From Candidatus Hydrogenedentota bacterium (lineage in GTDB: Bacteria; Hydrogenedentota; Hydrogenedentia; Hydrogenedentales; SLHB01), in NCBI GenBank assembly GCA_034408725.1, contig JAWXCN010000041.1:1-27393 (forward strand): DNA of 27,393 bases, in the 5' to 3' direction. Of the stretch, positions 1 through 10,500 are shown one piece after another. The translations under genes were made by a program, and so were the position numbers. Numbering within the stretch: position 1 is the stretch's first letter; each line of letters opens with the position of its first letter. The notes below the pieces were generated by a model. The model was given only the letters and a program-made list of their open reading frames with translations, had not been told where the DNA came from and did no database searches.

Positions 1-1
1 A

Positions 2-763
2 GATATATACCGCTTGCCGATCTACGTTCTAGTGGCATCGATAGCAGGGACGGCGTGGGCGATTGACCCGACCGGGTTGCAGACTGCAGCGGGCATGGAA
101 GGGAAAGTCTTCGAGCTTCAACAGAAGCTAACGCTGGAGAAAATCGAAGACGTGGAATGGACGTCCGAGACGAGCATCGAATACGAGTTCAGCGATCGGT
201 GGGCGCTTCGACTGAAAATCCCCGTCGAATTTGCAAGTGAAGATGATAAAGAGATTGATGACGGTTTCGGTGACTTGGAACTACGGCTAAAGCACGTATT
301 TAATCCGGACTCGTCTGGAATCATCATTGCGGGGACGGCCGGCGTTACATTTCCCACGGGCGAAGACAGCGAAGGTGTTGGGGGCGACCTGCGCCTACGA
401 CTCAGCAAATGGGACCTTGGAAAGAGCAAAAAACATGGACTACATGCGACCTTGATGGCGAAGTACAAGAGCGATACGGAATCCGGCGAAGACCATTTGT
501 TTCGTGAGGATGAGCCAGGCGAACGCGAGTTTCGGTGGGAGGCAGTGCTCGGCTACACCTATCAAGTGGGCGAGTCAACAAGACTCATTCTGGACGTTGT
601 CCGGGAACAGGCGGAACACGACGATGAGAATGAGAACTTCATTGAAGCCGGCCTTACTCACAATTTCACGGACGCGATTACCGTAGCGGTGGGCGCTGGT
701 GCGGGTATCGGTGAAGAATCGCCCGATTTTGTCGCGCGCGCGGGGGTTCAATTTCGCTTCTAA
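2..763 (+). CDS. Outer-membrane beta-barrel 'transporter' family protein (phenol MetA-degradation-like); probably 5'-truncated by a few codons at the window edge
   Basis: The frame is open back to position 2. Signal-peptide-like stretch (LPIYVLVASIAGTAWA), GFGDLELRLK and GVTFPTG motifs, alternating beta strands, and C-terminal aromatic OMP signature (GVQFRF). Lies directly upstream of tolC. Confidence 0.7.
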   Translation, partial: DIYRLPIYVLVASIAGTAWAIDPTGLQTAAGMEGKVFELQQKLTLEKIEDVEWTSETSIEYEFSDRWALRLKIPVEFASEDDKEIDDGFGDLELRLKHVFNPDSSGIIIAGTAGVTFPTGEDSEGVGGDLRLRLSKWDLGKSKKHGLHATLMAKYKSDTESGEDHLFREDEPGEREFRWEAVLGYTYQVGESTRLILDVVREQAEHDDENENFIEAGLTHNFTDAITVAVGAGAGIGEESPDFVARAGVQFRF

Positions 764-790
764 TTCCCAGGAAGCACGAAGTATTCTTTT

Positions 791-2500
791 ATGGCCGTGG
801 ACGTCCAAACAATAAACAGTTTCACTTTGGGATTAAATCTAGGAATGTTGCGCGAGACGTATGGAATTGGACTCGCACTCGTTGTGAGTGCGCTGACATG
901 CTGCGGGTGCGGCACTGTGCAGCCGAATGCCGATTACACGCGTGCCGGCTTTATGATTTCGGCTCGAACCGCATCAGACTCCGTCTATAACCCCGCGGAA
1001 GAAGCCACCATAGAAAATCGTATCCGGGGGTTGCTTGCGGACGGCGTGACGGCGGAAGAAGCGGCGTCTGTGGCACTGCTGAACAATCGCGAATTTCAGG
1101 GACTATTTTTTGAGATCGGCGTGTCGCGGGCCGAAGTTGTGCAGGCAGGTCTCCTCACCAATCCGACGCTGTTCTTCAATGTGCTAATACCAGATGGGGG
1201 TGGCCGCACAAAACTGACGTACGGTCTCGCGCAGGAACTGGCCGAATTGTGGCAACTTCCGAAGCGAAAGAAGAGTGCCGAAGAAAAGCTGGAGAGCACG
1301 ATATTAATGATTGTGAATTCAGGAATCGATATTTCCATGAGGGCAAAGGTCGCCTATTACAACGCGGCTGCCGCAACGATGGGAGAGGAAAACGCGCGCA
1401 AGAATGAGTCGCTGACTCAAGAAGCTTTAGGCTTGGTCGAGAAGCGTTTCAGCGCGGGGGATGTTTCGGAGTTGGACGTCAACCGCGCGCGCGCCAATGC
1501 GCTTTCCGCCAAGACGGACCTAATAACTGCCGCTCACGAGGCAAAATTCACGAAAGCAACATTGGACCGTGAACTGGGCCTGTCATATTGGAAGGCCCCA
1601 TTCACTCTCGGCGACGCACTTACGGTGACGCCCGCGCCGCTCGAGGAGGACTCTGTGCTAATTGCCTCTGCGGCGGAAAACGTGATTGATATTGATATCG
1701 CCAGGCGCGGCATCGCTGCCGCCGAGGCAGATCTCGCGGCGCAATACCGCGCCGTTCTTCCCAGTGTCAAGGCGGGTATCAGCGCGGAACGGACGGCGCA
1801 ACGCGCGGTACTTGGCCGCGTCGAGCAAGGAGTTGCGGCATGGAAGCCGTCCAGCATAGCAGGGGCCATTCCGGACCTGATCGATCAGAGCCTGAATGGC
1901 CAATCCCCACTCGATACGCTCCAGGCGCTGCAAGCGGGCCAGCCCGCGATTCCGACATTGTTGAACCATGGCATCGCGCAGGAAGGCCGATTTAAGTCGC
2001 TGAGAGGTACGCTCCCCGACATTCCGACGCAACGCCAGCGGGAACTGAGCGAGAAGCAGCAGATTGATTTCCTTTGGGGACCATCGTTGCAAGTAACGCT
2101 TCCGATCTGGGACCAGAACCGCGCACGGATAGCGATGGCCCAATTCCGGCTGCAACAAAAGACAAAAGAATACGAGAACACGCTTGAATTATTGGCTGAG
2201 TCGGTAACGCAAAAAGCATCGAAGATGAGGGCAGCCGAAGAGCTCGCCGCGTTTTTTGCGGATGAAGCCATCCCGTTGGCTGAGGAAAATGCACGAGGGG
2301 CGCAACGAATTTATGAACTGGGAGAGGAAGGCATTCTCTCGGTGATCGATGCACAACGCGAACTTCATTCAATCCGAAAGGCATATATCGGAGTGCTGCG
2401 GGATTACGAAATTGCCAAGGCTGAACTGGAGCAGGCCATGGGCGGCCGCATTGCGGAAAAGCCGCTCGATAAGGAAAGCGGGGTCGCCGATGCGAAGTAG
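791..2500 (+). CDS. TolC-family outer membrane efflux protein (CzcC/CusC-like, likely lipoprotein); true start may be ATG 845
   Basis: Hydrophobic N-terminus with Cys (ALTCCGCG), QAGLLTNP and VTLPIWDQN motifs, two OEP-like helical repeats, YELGEEGILSVIDAQR C-terminal motif, and operon context. Confidence 0.9.
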   Translation: MAVDVQTINSFTLGLNLGMLRETYGIGLALVVSALTCCGCGTVQPNADYTRAGFMISARTASDSVYNPAEEATIENRIRGLLADGVTAEEAASVALLNNREFQGLFFEIGVSRAEVVQAGLLTNPTLFFNVLIPDGGGRTKLTYGLAQELAELWQLPKRKKSAEEKLESTILMIVNSGIDISMRAKVAYYNAAAATMGEENARKNESLTQEALGLVEKRFSAGDVSELDVNRARANALSAKTDLITAAHEAKFTKATLDRELGLSYWKAPFTLGDALTVTPAPLEEDSVLIASAAENVIDIDIARRGIAAAEADLAAQYRAVLPSVKAGISAERTAQRAVLGRVEQGVAAWKPSSIAGAIPDLIDQSLNGQSPLDTLQALQAGQPAIPTLLNHGIAQEGRFKSLRGTLPDIPTQRQRELSEKQQIDFLWGPSLQVTLPIWDQNRARIAMAQFRLQQKTKEYENTLELLAESVTQKASKMRAAEELAAFFADEAIPLAEENARGAQRIYELGEEGILSVIDAQRELHSIRKAYIGVLRDYEIAKAELEQAMGGRIAEKPLDKESGVADAK

Positions 2501-3740
2501 AGGTGCTATCGCGTTAGGTTTTGCATCCATTATAGCGTTTGGCGCGGAAGGAGCCGCCAAAGCATCTGCCGGCGAACCACCTGCCGTGGTGGAAAAGATA
2601 TCGGTAGAAACGAACCAGACCACCGTTAAGCTTTCGGAGAGCGCTGAAAAGCGGCTTGGCGTCGTCGTGGTCCCAGTCGAGCGCACGGAGGTTTCACGCC
2701 AACGCATATACGGAGGAACGATTCTTCCTCCACCCGATCGCGTTGCAACTATTATCGCGCCTGTGAGTGGAACAGTGGTCGGCCTCGGTACGGATGGGTC
2801 TGTGGGATTGCCGGTTGGTAGCTCCGTGGCTGAAGCCCAGGAGATCATCCGTTTTCTTCCACTAAACGCTTCCGACGCGTCACCGCTAGGCGCAGTGGAA
2901 CGAGGCCAACTCGCCGTGTCGCGCATAACGCTCGTGCGCGCGCGCATTGACGCTGATGCGCGCATCCAAAGCGCCGGCGTGCAAAGGGCCGCGGCGAAAA
3001 CCGCTCTCGATCGCGCCGAACAGCTGCTGAAGGACAAGGTGGGTAGCCAGCGCGGAGTCGATGAAGCGCGTGCCGTATTTGAGCTGGCGGAAGAAGCATT
3101 GCGCGCGGCGAAAACGGAACGGAGCGCTTTGGACGGGAAAACGGATAGCGGCCTGGATGATTCGACACCTGTGCCCATTGCAACGCCTATACCTGGTGTC
3201 GTACTCGACGTTAACGTCGCTGCCGGGCAAACCGTTACGTCGGGGCACATCTTGGTGGAAGTCGTCGATCGGCGGATTTCATGGGTCCGAGTTCCGGTTA
3301 CCGCTTCCGAGTTTGACGATGTCTCCAGAGAACGTGGTGCCGTTGTCTCGATTCTCGGGAAACAGAAGCAGTCGCATTCGGTGGAGGGCACTTGGGTACC
3401 GGGTCCACTTACTGCCGATGCTCTCACTTCAACAATCGATTTGTACTTTGAAATAGCCGGAGACGCGTTCAGGCCGGGCCAACGCGTGAAAGTGGCTGTC
3501 TTCACAAAGGACAGCGGACAGCAGCTCACTGTTCCGTCGAATGCCATCCTCTACGACATCTTTGGCGGCGCCTGGGTATATGTACAGAGCGAAGAACGGA
3601 CGTACCGCCGCGAACGGGTGGACATTTTGTATACCTCTGACGGAATGGCTGTGCTCACCGAAGGCCCCCAAGAAGGCACTCGCGTCGTCACCGATGGCGC
3701 AGCCGAGTTGTTCGGGGCTGAATTCGGAAACGACAAGTAG
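2490..3740 (+). CDS. RND efflux periplasmic adaptor (membrane fusion protein, CzcB/CusB-like)
   Basis: ATG 2490 overlaps the end of tolC and gives a signal/anchor ([18 protein letters not shown]). IIAPVSGTV and IATPIPGVV lipoyl half-motifs flank a helical hairpin. C-terminal VPSNAI...VVTDGA motif. Confidence 0.92.
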   Translation: MRSRGAIALGFASIIAFGAEGAAKASAGEPPAVVEKISVETNQTTVKLSESAEKRLGVVVVPVERTEVSRQRIYGGTILPPPDRVATIIAPVSGTVVGLGTDGSVGLPVGSSVAEAQEIIRFLPLNASDASPLGAVERGQLAVSRITLVRARIDADARIQSAGVQRAAAKTALDRAEQLLKDKVGSQRGVDEARAVFELAEEALRAAKTERSALDGKTDSGLDDSTPVPIATPIPGVVLDVNVAAGQTVTSGHILVEVVDRRISWVRVPVTASEFDDVSRERGAVVSILGKQKQSHSVEGTWVPGPLTADALTSTIDLYFEIAGDAFRPGQRVKVAVFTKDSGQQLTVPSNAILYDIFGGAWVYVQSEERTYRRERVDILYTSDGMAVLTEGPQEGTRVVTDGAAELFGAEFGNDK

Positions 3741-3769
3741 GCGCCGACCGGCGGGAAACGAATCGCGCA

Positions 3770-6700
3770 ATGGGCTGGATTATTCAGGCGTCGTTGAGAA
3801 TGCGGGTGCTCGTCGTTGCGCTCGCGCTAACGTTGATGGTCATGGGCGCGTCGTCGATGCGCAGCACGAAGCTTGATGTCTTTCCGGAATTTGCGCCGCC
3901 CCACGTAGAAATTCAAACGGAGGCGCCGGGACTATCCACCGAGGAAGTCGAGAGTCTCATTTCCGTGCCGCTCGAGAACGCCCTTAACAGCACGCCACAC
4001 ATTGCGACCATACGCTCGAAGTCGGTACTTGGACTTTCGTCCGTCGTACTGTATTTCGATGAGAGTATCGATTTGGACGCCGCCCGCCAGCAGGTGCAGG
4101 AGCGCGTAACGCTTGCCGCGTCGCGGTTGCCGGTCAGCGCGCGCACACCCGTCATCCTTCCCGCGCTGTCTTCGACAAGCAGGGTCCTGAAGATCGGCGT
4201 TTCATCCAAAACCTATTCGCAAATGGACCTGTCCGAGATTGCGAAATGGACCATTCGTCCGCGGCTATTGGCGGTGCCAGGCGTGGCAAACGTCGCTATA
4301 TGGGGACAGCGCGACCGTCAACTTCAGGTTTTGGTCGATTCGCGGCGTCTTGCTGTACATGACGTTCTCCTGGATGAAATCGTTTCGGCTGCGCGCGGCG
4401 CTGTCGCTTCCGACAGCGGGGGCTATATCGATACACCGAACCAACGTTTGGCCGTGCGGCACGTTTCCAGTATCCAGGAGCCGGACGACCTTGCACAGGC
4501 GATTGTGAAAACGGTCAACGGCACACCATTGAGGATTGGCGATGTCGCGGACGTGCAGGCCGGAAGTCCATTACCCATCGGGGATGCGATCATCAACGGA
4601 GGGCCGGGGCTACTGCTGATTGTTGAAATGTATCCATGGGGCAATACGCTTGATGTGACACGGGGCGTGGAGTCGGCGCTGCACGATCTTGCGCCGGGTC
4701 TGGAAGGCATCGAAGTGGACTCGACTATCTTTCGTCCGGCCACGTTTATCGAACGTTCGCTTCGCAATTTGATGCACGCACTGCTTGCCGGCTGCGTTCT
4801 GGTCATTGTGGTGTTGGTGGCATTTTTAATGGACTGGCGCGCGGCATTCATCAGCCTATTGGCCATACCGCTGTCGCTCATCGCAGCCATTGTTGTAATG
4901 CGCGCGATGGGACAGACCGTAAATACGATGGTGATCGCGGGACTGGCCATTGCGCTCGGATCGCTTGTCGATGACGCAATTATTGATGTCGAGAATATTG
5001 TGAGGCGGTTGCGGTTGAACCGTGAATCGGCGACTCCCAAATCAACGTTTCGTGTAGTGCTTGATGCGTCGCTGGAAGTGCGAAGTGCGATTGTATACGC
5101 GACTATCATCGTGATTCTTGTCTTCCTGCCGGTGTTCTTTTTGGACGGCCTTCCTGGGTCGTTTTTCAGACCGCTTGCGCAAGCGTACGTCCTTTCGACA
5201 CTGGCATCGCTTGTCGTCGCGATTACGCTCACGCCCGCGCTGGCGTACATGCTCCTGCCGCGGGCCAACTTCAGCAAGCGCGAGCCCGCGTTTGCCATGA
5301 TGCTAAAAAGGCGCTACCGGAACTGGATGGCGCGCGCCATCAATCGCCCAAAATGGGCCTATGGAATACTTGGCGCATCGCTGGGAATCACGGCGATAAT
5401 TATTCCCATGTTGGGCCAAGGTTTCCTGCCAAAGTTCCAGGAAACCGATTTCTTGATGCACTGGGTCGAAAAGCCTGGCATCTCGGTCGATGCAATGAGA
5501 CGCATCACCATCCGCGCGAGCGACGAATTGCTCACCATTCCCGGTGTGCGGAATTTTGGCGCGCACATCGGCCGTGCGGAAGTGGCTGATGAGGTGGTTG
5601 GGCCGAATTTCACAGAATTGTGGATCAGCATCGATCCGGACGCGGACTACCAGGGCACCGTCGACAAAGTGCAGGAGGCCGTCAACGGGTATCCGGGCCT
5701 CCATCGCGATTTGCTTACGTATCTGAGCGAACGCATCAAGGAAGTATTGACCGGCGCGAGTGCGAGCATTGTAGTGCGTATTTTCGGGCCGGAATTGGAC
5801 AGACTGCTGAACAGCGCGAAGGACGTGGCCGGGGCCATGCAAGGAATTCCAGGCGTTATGGACCTGAAAGTGGAATCACAGGTCCTCGTGCCGCAAATCA
5901 CGGTCCGCATGAAGCCGGAGGCCGGGCCGCTGTACGGAGTGACCGAGGAGGACATTCGCAAGGCGGAACGCACATTCGTGAGCGGGCTTAAAGTCGGCGA
6001 GATTTATTCGGACCAGCGGATTACCGATGTGCTTGTATGGGGCACAGAAGAATCGAGAGCAGACCTGGCCGCGTTGCGAAGTCTGCTGATCGAAACCAAA
6101 GCCGGGGTCCGCGTACCGCTTGAAGAGGTGGCTACCATCGAGATAGTGCCGACGCCGAACATGATTAGACGAGAGGGTGCGTCGCGGCGCATCGATGTCA
6201 CCTGCAATGTTGAGGGACGCGACCTTGGCAGCGTGGCGCAAGAGATCGAGGAGAAAGTCCGCGGTTTATCATTCGAACAGGGATATTTCCCACAATTCCT
6301 TGGTGAATTCGAGGCGCGCCAGTCTGCGCGCAATCGGCTGATTGGCCTCACGCTAGTTTCCCTTCTGGGCATACTGGTGTTGTTGCAATCCGATTTTCAG
6401 TCGCTCCGGCTGGTTTTCATGGTGTTTCTCTCTCTCCCATTCGCATTGGTCGGCGGCGTATTCGGATCGTTGGTGGGTGGTGGGGTTCTTTCTCTGGGTT
6501 CGCTGGTTGGCTTCGTGGCCGTGTTCGGGATTGCTGCCCGCAACGGCATTATGCTGATCAGTCATTGTCGGCACCTGGAAGTCGAAGAAGGACAGAAATT
6601 CGGCAAAAACCTGGTCTTGCGGGGTGCGGAGGAACGCCTCTCACCGATACTCATGACTTCGCTGGCTACCGGATTGGCGTTGCTGCCTATTGCGCTGGGT

Positions 6701-6853
6701 GGAAACAAACCCGGATACGAAATCGAGTTTCCAATGGCCCTTGTGATACTTGGGGGCTTGTTTTCATCAACCATGCTCAACCTTTTCTTGCTTCCCACGA
6801 TTTATCTGCACGTTGGAAGAGGGGTCAATCTTGACCATGATAACGCAACGTAA
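3770..6853 (+). CDS. CusA/CzcA-family heavy-metal efflux RND permease
   Basis: 1027 aa. [23 protein letters not shown]4 [28 protein letters not shown] and ERLSPILMT motifs. Confidence 0.95.
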   Translation: MGWIIQASLRMRVLVVALALTLMVMGASSMRSTKLDVFPEFAPPHVEIQTEAPGLSTEEVESLISVPLENALNSTPHIATIRSKSVLGLSSVVLYFDESIDLDAARQQVQERVTLAASRLPVSARTPVILPALSSTSRVLKIGVSSKTYSQMDLSEIAKWTIRPRLLAVPGVANVAIWGQRDRQLQVLVDSRRLAVHDVLLDEIVSAARGAVASDSGGYIDTPNQRLAVRHVSSIQEPDDLAQAIVKTVNGTPLRIGDVADVQAGSPLPIGDAIINGGPGLLLIVEMYPWGNTLDVTRGVESALHDLAPGLEGIEVDSTIFRPATFIERSLRNLMHALLAGCVLVIVVLVAFLMDWRAAFISLLAIPLSLIAAIVVMRAMGQTVNTMVIAGLAIALGSLVDDAIIDVENIVRRLRLNRESATPKSTFRVVLDASLEVRSAIVYATIIVILVFLPVFFLDGLPGSFFRPLAQAYVLSTLASLVVAITLTPALAYMLLPRANFSKREPAFAMMLKRRYRNWMARAINRPKWAYGILGASLGITAIIIPMLGQGFLPKFQETDFLMHWVEKPGISVDAMRRITIRASDELLTIPGVRNFGAHIGRAEVADEVVGPNFTELWISIDPDADYQGTVDKVQEAVNGYPGLHRDLLTYLSERIKEVLTGASASIVVRIFGPELDRLLNSAKDVAGAMQGIPGVMDLKVESQVLVPQITVRMKPEAGPLYGVTEEDIRKAERTFVSGLKVGEIYSDQRITDVLVWGTEESRADLAALRSLLIETKAGVRVPLEEVATIEIVPTPNMIRREGASRRIDVTCNVEGRDLGSVAQEIEEKVRGLSFEQGYFPQFLGEFEARQSARNRLIGLTLVSLLGILVLLQSDFQSLRLVFMVFLSLPFALVGGVFGSLVGGGVLSLGSLVGFVAVFGIAARNGIMLISHCRHLEVEEGQKFGKNLVLRGAEERLSPILMTSLATGLALLPIALGGNKPGYEIEFPMALVILGGLFSSTMLNLFLLPTIYLHVGRGVNLDHDNAT

Positions 6854-6878
6854 AATGTTCGGTCTCGCACAGTATGGA

Positions 6879-7099
6879 TAGACCATCAGTGATAAACAGC
6901 CAAAGCGGCGCCTTGGGGACCGCCGCAGTCCAAATAGGCGTCTGGTTAAGGCGTGGTTTTGGGTGAAGGACCACTTTGGGTAGAGGACTAAGTCGTTTTG
7001 GGTGGGGGACTATGCCGTAGAGGGTGGAGGTCTATTTGGACTGCGGTGGCGGAGCGGGTAGCGCAGACACCGCTTTGGCTGTTTATGGGCGACGACTTC
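6879..7099. repeat. REP-like locus A: two outward-facing palindromic arms separated by a G-rich degenerate tandem linker
   Basis: 6879-6939 is the reverse complement of the left arm at about 13755-13815. 7032-7099 is the reverse complement of the right arm at about 13835-13902. Lies between convergent genes. Confidence 0.88.
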
Positions 7100-7117
7100 A
7101 GAGGGACGTCTTACGAA

Positions 7118-7561
7118 TTAAGGACGTTGGGACGGGCCCGTAGGGAAGAAGGTCTCGCCGGCGGCGACTTCGCGAGTCGCCCGGACGATCATGGTGGGGT
7201 CATCGGTCTTGCAGACCCAGCCTTGGGCTCCGGCGTCGATTGCCCGTTGGATTATTTCCGCGTCATCCCACGCGCTGAAAATGATTGTCCGCGTCTGGGG
7301 AGAGTCCGCGAAAAGTTCACCCATAGCCTCGAACGGGTCCTTCCCAGGCATGGTCGCGTCCAGCAGCACGACGTCTGCTTGCGTGCGGCGGGCCTCATCG
7401 ACGAGGGTGTCGGCGGACGCGAGGCAACCAACGCATTGCATGTCCTGTTCCGCGTCGATAACCATGCGCAATACGGTCCTGATGTCGCGGTGGTCGTCCA
7501 CGCATAGCACGCGCGTCTCGCACGAATCAATAGAGGGGATCACCATGACACCATTATACAC
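7118..7561 (-). CDS. Stand-alone NarL-type response regulator receiver protein (no DNA-binding domain); start may be ATG 7546
   Basis: VLCVDDH, VLLD(ATMP) phospho-Asp, IIFSAW and GWVCK motifs. Overlaps the stop of the upstream kinase. Confidence 0.88.
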   Translation of the reverse strand: MYNGVMVIPSIDSCETRVLCVDDHRDIRTVLRMVIDAEQDMQCVGCLASADTLVDEARRTQADVVLLDATMPGKDPFEAMGELFADSPQTRTIIFSAWDDAEIIQRAIDAGAQGWVCKTDDPTMIVRATREVAAGETFFPTGPSQRP

Positions 7562-10500
7562 CAGGTGGTGAGGAATTGCGCATTAATTTTTCCAATTCGT
7601 CAAATTCGAACGGCTTGGTCAGGTGCGCATCGAAGCCAACCTCCTGCTCACGGGCGATATCCGTGTCACGGCCGTAGCCGGTCAGGGCGATAATTTTGGC
7701 CCCTTGGGTGTTCGGATCGCTACGCAGTTGGCGGGCTACTTCATACCCATCGAGCCCGGGCAGGCCGATGTCCAGTAACACCAGGTCCGGTCTCCATAGC
7801 TTTGCCACTTTCAGCCCGTCCGTTCCACTGTGGGCGCTCTGTACGCTGTAGCCTTGATGGCGCAGGATACTGACGATCATTGTCACCTGGTCTATGTTGT
7901 CGTCCACTACCAGCACGCGGACGCCCTCGGATTTGGCTTCGCCAGAGTCGGAAATCGATGGTTCCAACAGCGCATACGGGGGCGGAACTTGTGGCAATCG
8001 CACGATGAATTCGCTGCCGCTCGTCATTCCGCTGGGCGGGCTTTGGACTTCGATGCTGCCTCCGTGCATGCCGACCAACCGATGGGCCAGGCTCAGGCCG
8101 ATGCCGAGTCCGCCGGCCGCGCGGTCTAGTGATCGGTCCGCCTGGGTGAACAGGTCGAAGATGCGCGGCAAAAGCTTCCCATCGATCCCAACGCCATTGT
8201 CCCGGACGCGCACCTGCACGTAATCCTGCCCGTCGTGCTCGCAAGTTATTTCAATCCTGCCGCCGTCGTCCGTATATTTGGCGGCGTTGTTGAGTAAATT
8301 GATAAGCACCTCTTCCATGCGCGTCGCGTCGACGCTGGCCCAAACAGGCTGGGAAGAACAGTTGACCGCGAGCGCGTGTTTGTGCTGCTCGATGAGCGGC
8401 GTCGAGGTCTCGATCGCATGCCGTACGATTTGGTTCATGTCCACAATCTGTTGATTCAGGCGCACCCGGCCACTCACTACGCGCGAGACTTCCATGAGAT
8501 CGCTGACCAGCTTGGTGAGGTTTCCCGCCTGGCGCTCGATGATCTCCCGGGCCTGCTGCGCGATGATGTTTTCAGTGCCGTGCGCGTGCAATTTCAGCAG
8601 ATGCACCGCGGAGCGGATGGGCGCCAGCGGGTTGCGCAGTTCGTGCGAGAGCATGGCCAGGAACTCGTCCTTGCGCCGCGACTCTTCCGCCAACGCCTCT
8701 GCCTGCCGTATGATCTTCCTCTCCATTTCGACGCGCTGGCTGATGTCGCGCACGTTGCACTGCGCTACAAGCGTGTGGTCCTCCTGATAGACGTTGGCGA
8801 TAAACTCGACTTCGACCTGCCCCCCGCTCTGGTTGTGGACCGGCAGGTGCTCATGGCGAAGGTAGCCCGTGCGTTGCAGTTCGCGAAACGCTTCTTTGTT
8901 CTCCTCTATGTCCTTGAACATGCCGATTTCGTAAAGTTCCTTGCCGACCAACTCTTCCGGTTCCAACTCCACCATCGCGGACATGAAGGCATTGGCGTCG
9001 ACGATCTTCCCGTTATCGGCATCCAGGATAAGGATGCCGTCCTTCGAGGTCTCGAACAGCCTGCGGTAGCGGACCTCGGAGTCGTGCAGGGCTTGCTCGG
9101 CCTGCTTGATGTCGTGAATGTCCGAGTTCGAGCCGATCCACATTGAGACCCCGTCCGCCTCGTCCCGCATTGACAACGCGCGGGTGACGTGCCAGCGGTA
9201 CTCGCCATCGGCGCGCCGGATGCGGTGCTCGAACTGAAACGGCTCGCCGGTGTGGATCGAGTGCCGCCATACCCGCACGTTTTCTGCCTCATCATCAGGA
9301 TGAATGAACCGAGCCCAGCCCCAATCCCTGATCTGATCGAACGGCACGCCCGTGTACTCGCTCCACTGCGAGTTGAAGAAGTCCATGTCGCCGTTGGCCT
9401 TGGCGGTGAAAATCTTCTGCGGCATCGAACTCATGACAAAGCGCAGCAGCTCCGCCGACCGCTCCAAATCGACTTCGGTACGCTTGCGCTCGGTGATGTC
9501 CGTGAAAACGACTGCAACCTTCCGGCTTTCCGGATCGCCGACCCTCAAGGCATAGACATCGAATGATCGGCCCAGCTCCGCGGCTTCCGCCTCAAAGCGA
9601 ACCGCTTCACCGGTGAGCGCGACTTTGCCATATGTTTCAAACCAGTGTTCTTCGTGATGCGGGCGAAGCTCGCGCATCCGTTTGCCGAGCGCGTCCTGTA
9701 GACCGCTTTGCTTCTCAAAAGCCGGGTTCGTTTCCAAAAAGCGATAATCGACCGGCTTTCCATGTTCGTCGAACATCATCTCGATGACGCAAAAGCCCTC
9801 ATCAATGGCATTGAACAGATTGCGATAGCGCTGGTCGCTCTCGCGCAGCACCATCTCCGCCTGCTTGCGCTCTGTGATGTCGTAAAAGCAGTTGATGGCG
9901 CCGGTGATCTCCCCGTGCTCGTTCTTCAACGGACGGATGGCCACGATGACGACGACCCTTGAGCCGTCGGGGCGTTCGATATGTACTTCCCCGTCGGTTA
10001 AGTGCGGTATGGCGCCGCTCAGCACCTGGGCCATGGGACATTGATCGTGCGGCATGAACGTGCCATCCGGCCGGAACATTTTGCCCGAGCCGCAGAACTT
10101 CTCGTCGGTATTCCCCTGTTCCGGAGCGCGTCCCCACAGTTCCGCGGCGCGGCCGTTGAAGTTCTGAATCACGCCCGACGCATCGCAGGAATAGACGGCC
10201 ACCGGGCCGAGGTCGAACAACGTTCGATAGCGCTCCTCGCTCTCGCGCAATGCCGCTTCGGTCTGCTTGCGCCCGGTAATGTCCTCGATGGCCACCAGTA
10301 TCCGCTGGATGTTTCGCTCCGAGTCGTAGAGGCGGCGCGCGTTTAGCAGCATGATGCGGTGGCCCAGTTGCGCGAATTCGTGATCGACCTCAAAATCCTC
10401 GATGGTGCTGCTTCGGGTCAGGACTTCCTCCAACAACTCTCGCAGTCGCGGGATGTTCCACTCGCCATTGCCCAAATCGTAGATGAATTTGCCGATGACT

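Noticed and set aside
2349-2489. N-terminal extension of the adaptor ORF in the track
   Set aside because: It overlaps tolC extensively. ATG 2490 yields a proper signal/anchor sequence.
2369-3547. 392-aa minus-strand ORF
   Set aside because: Antisense shadow of the well-supported RND adaptor gene, with Ser/Thr/Arg-rich non-protein-like composition.
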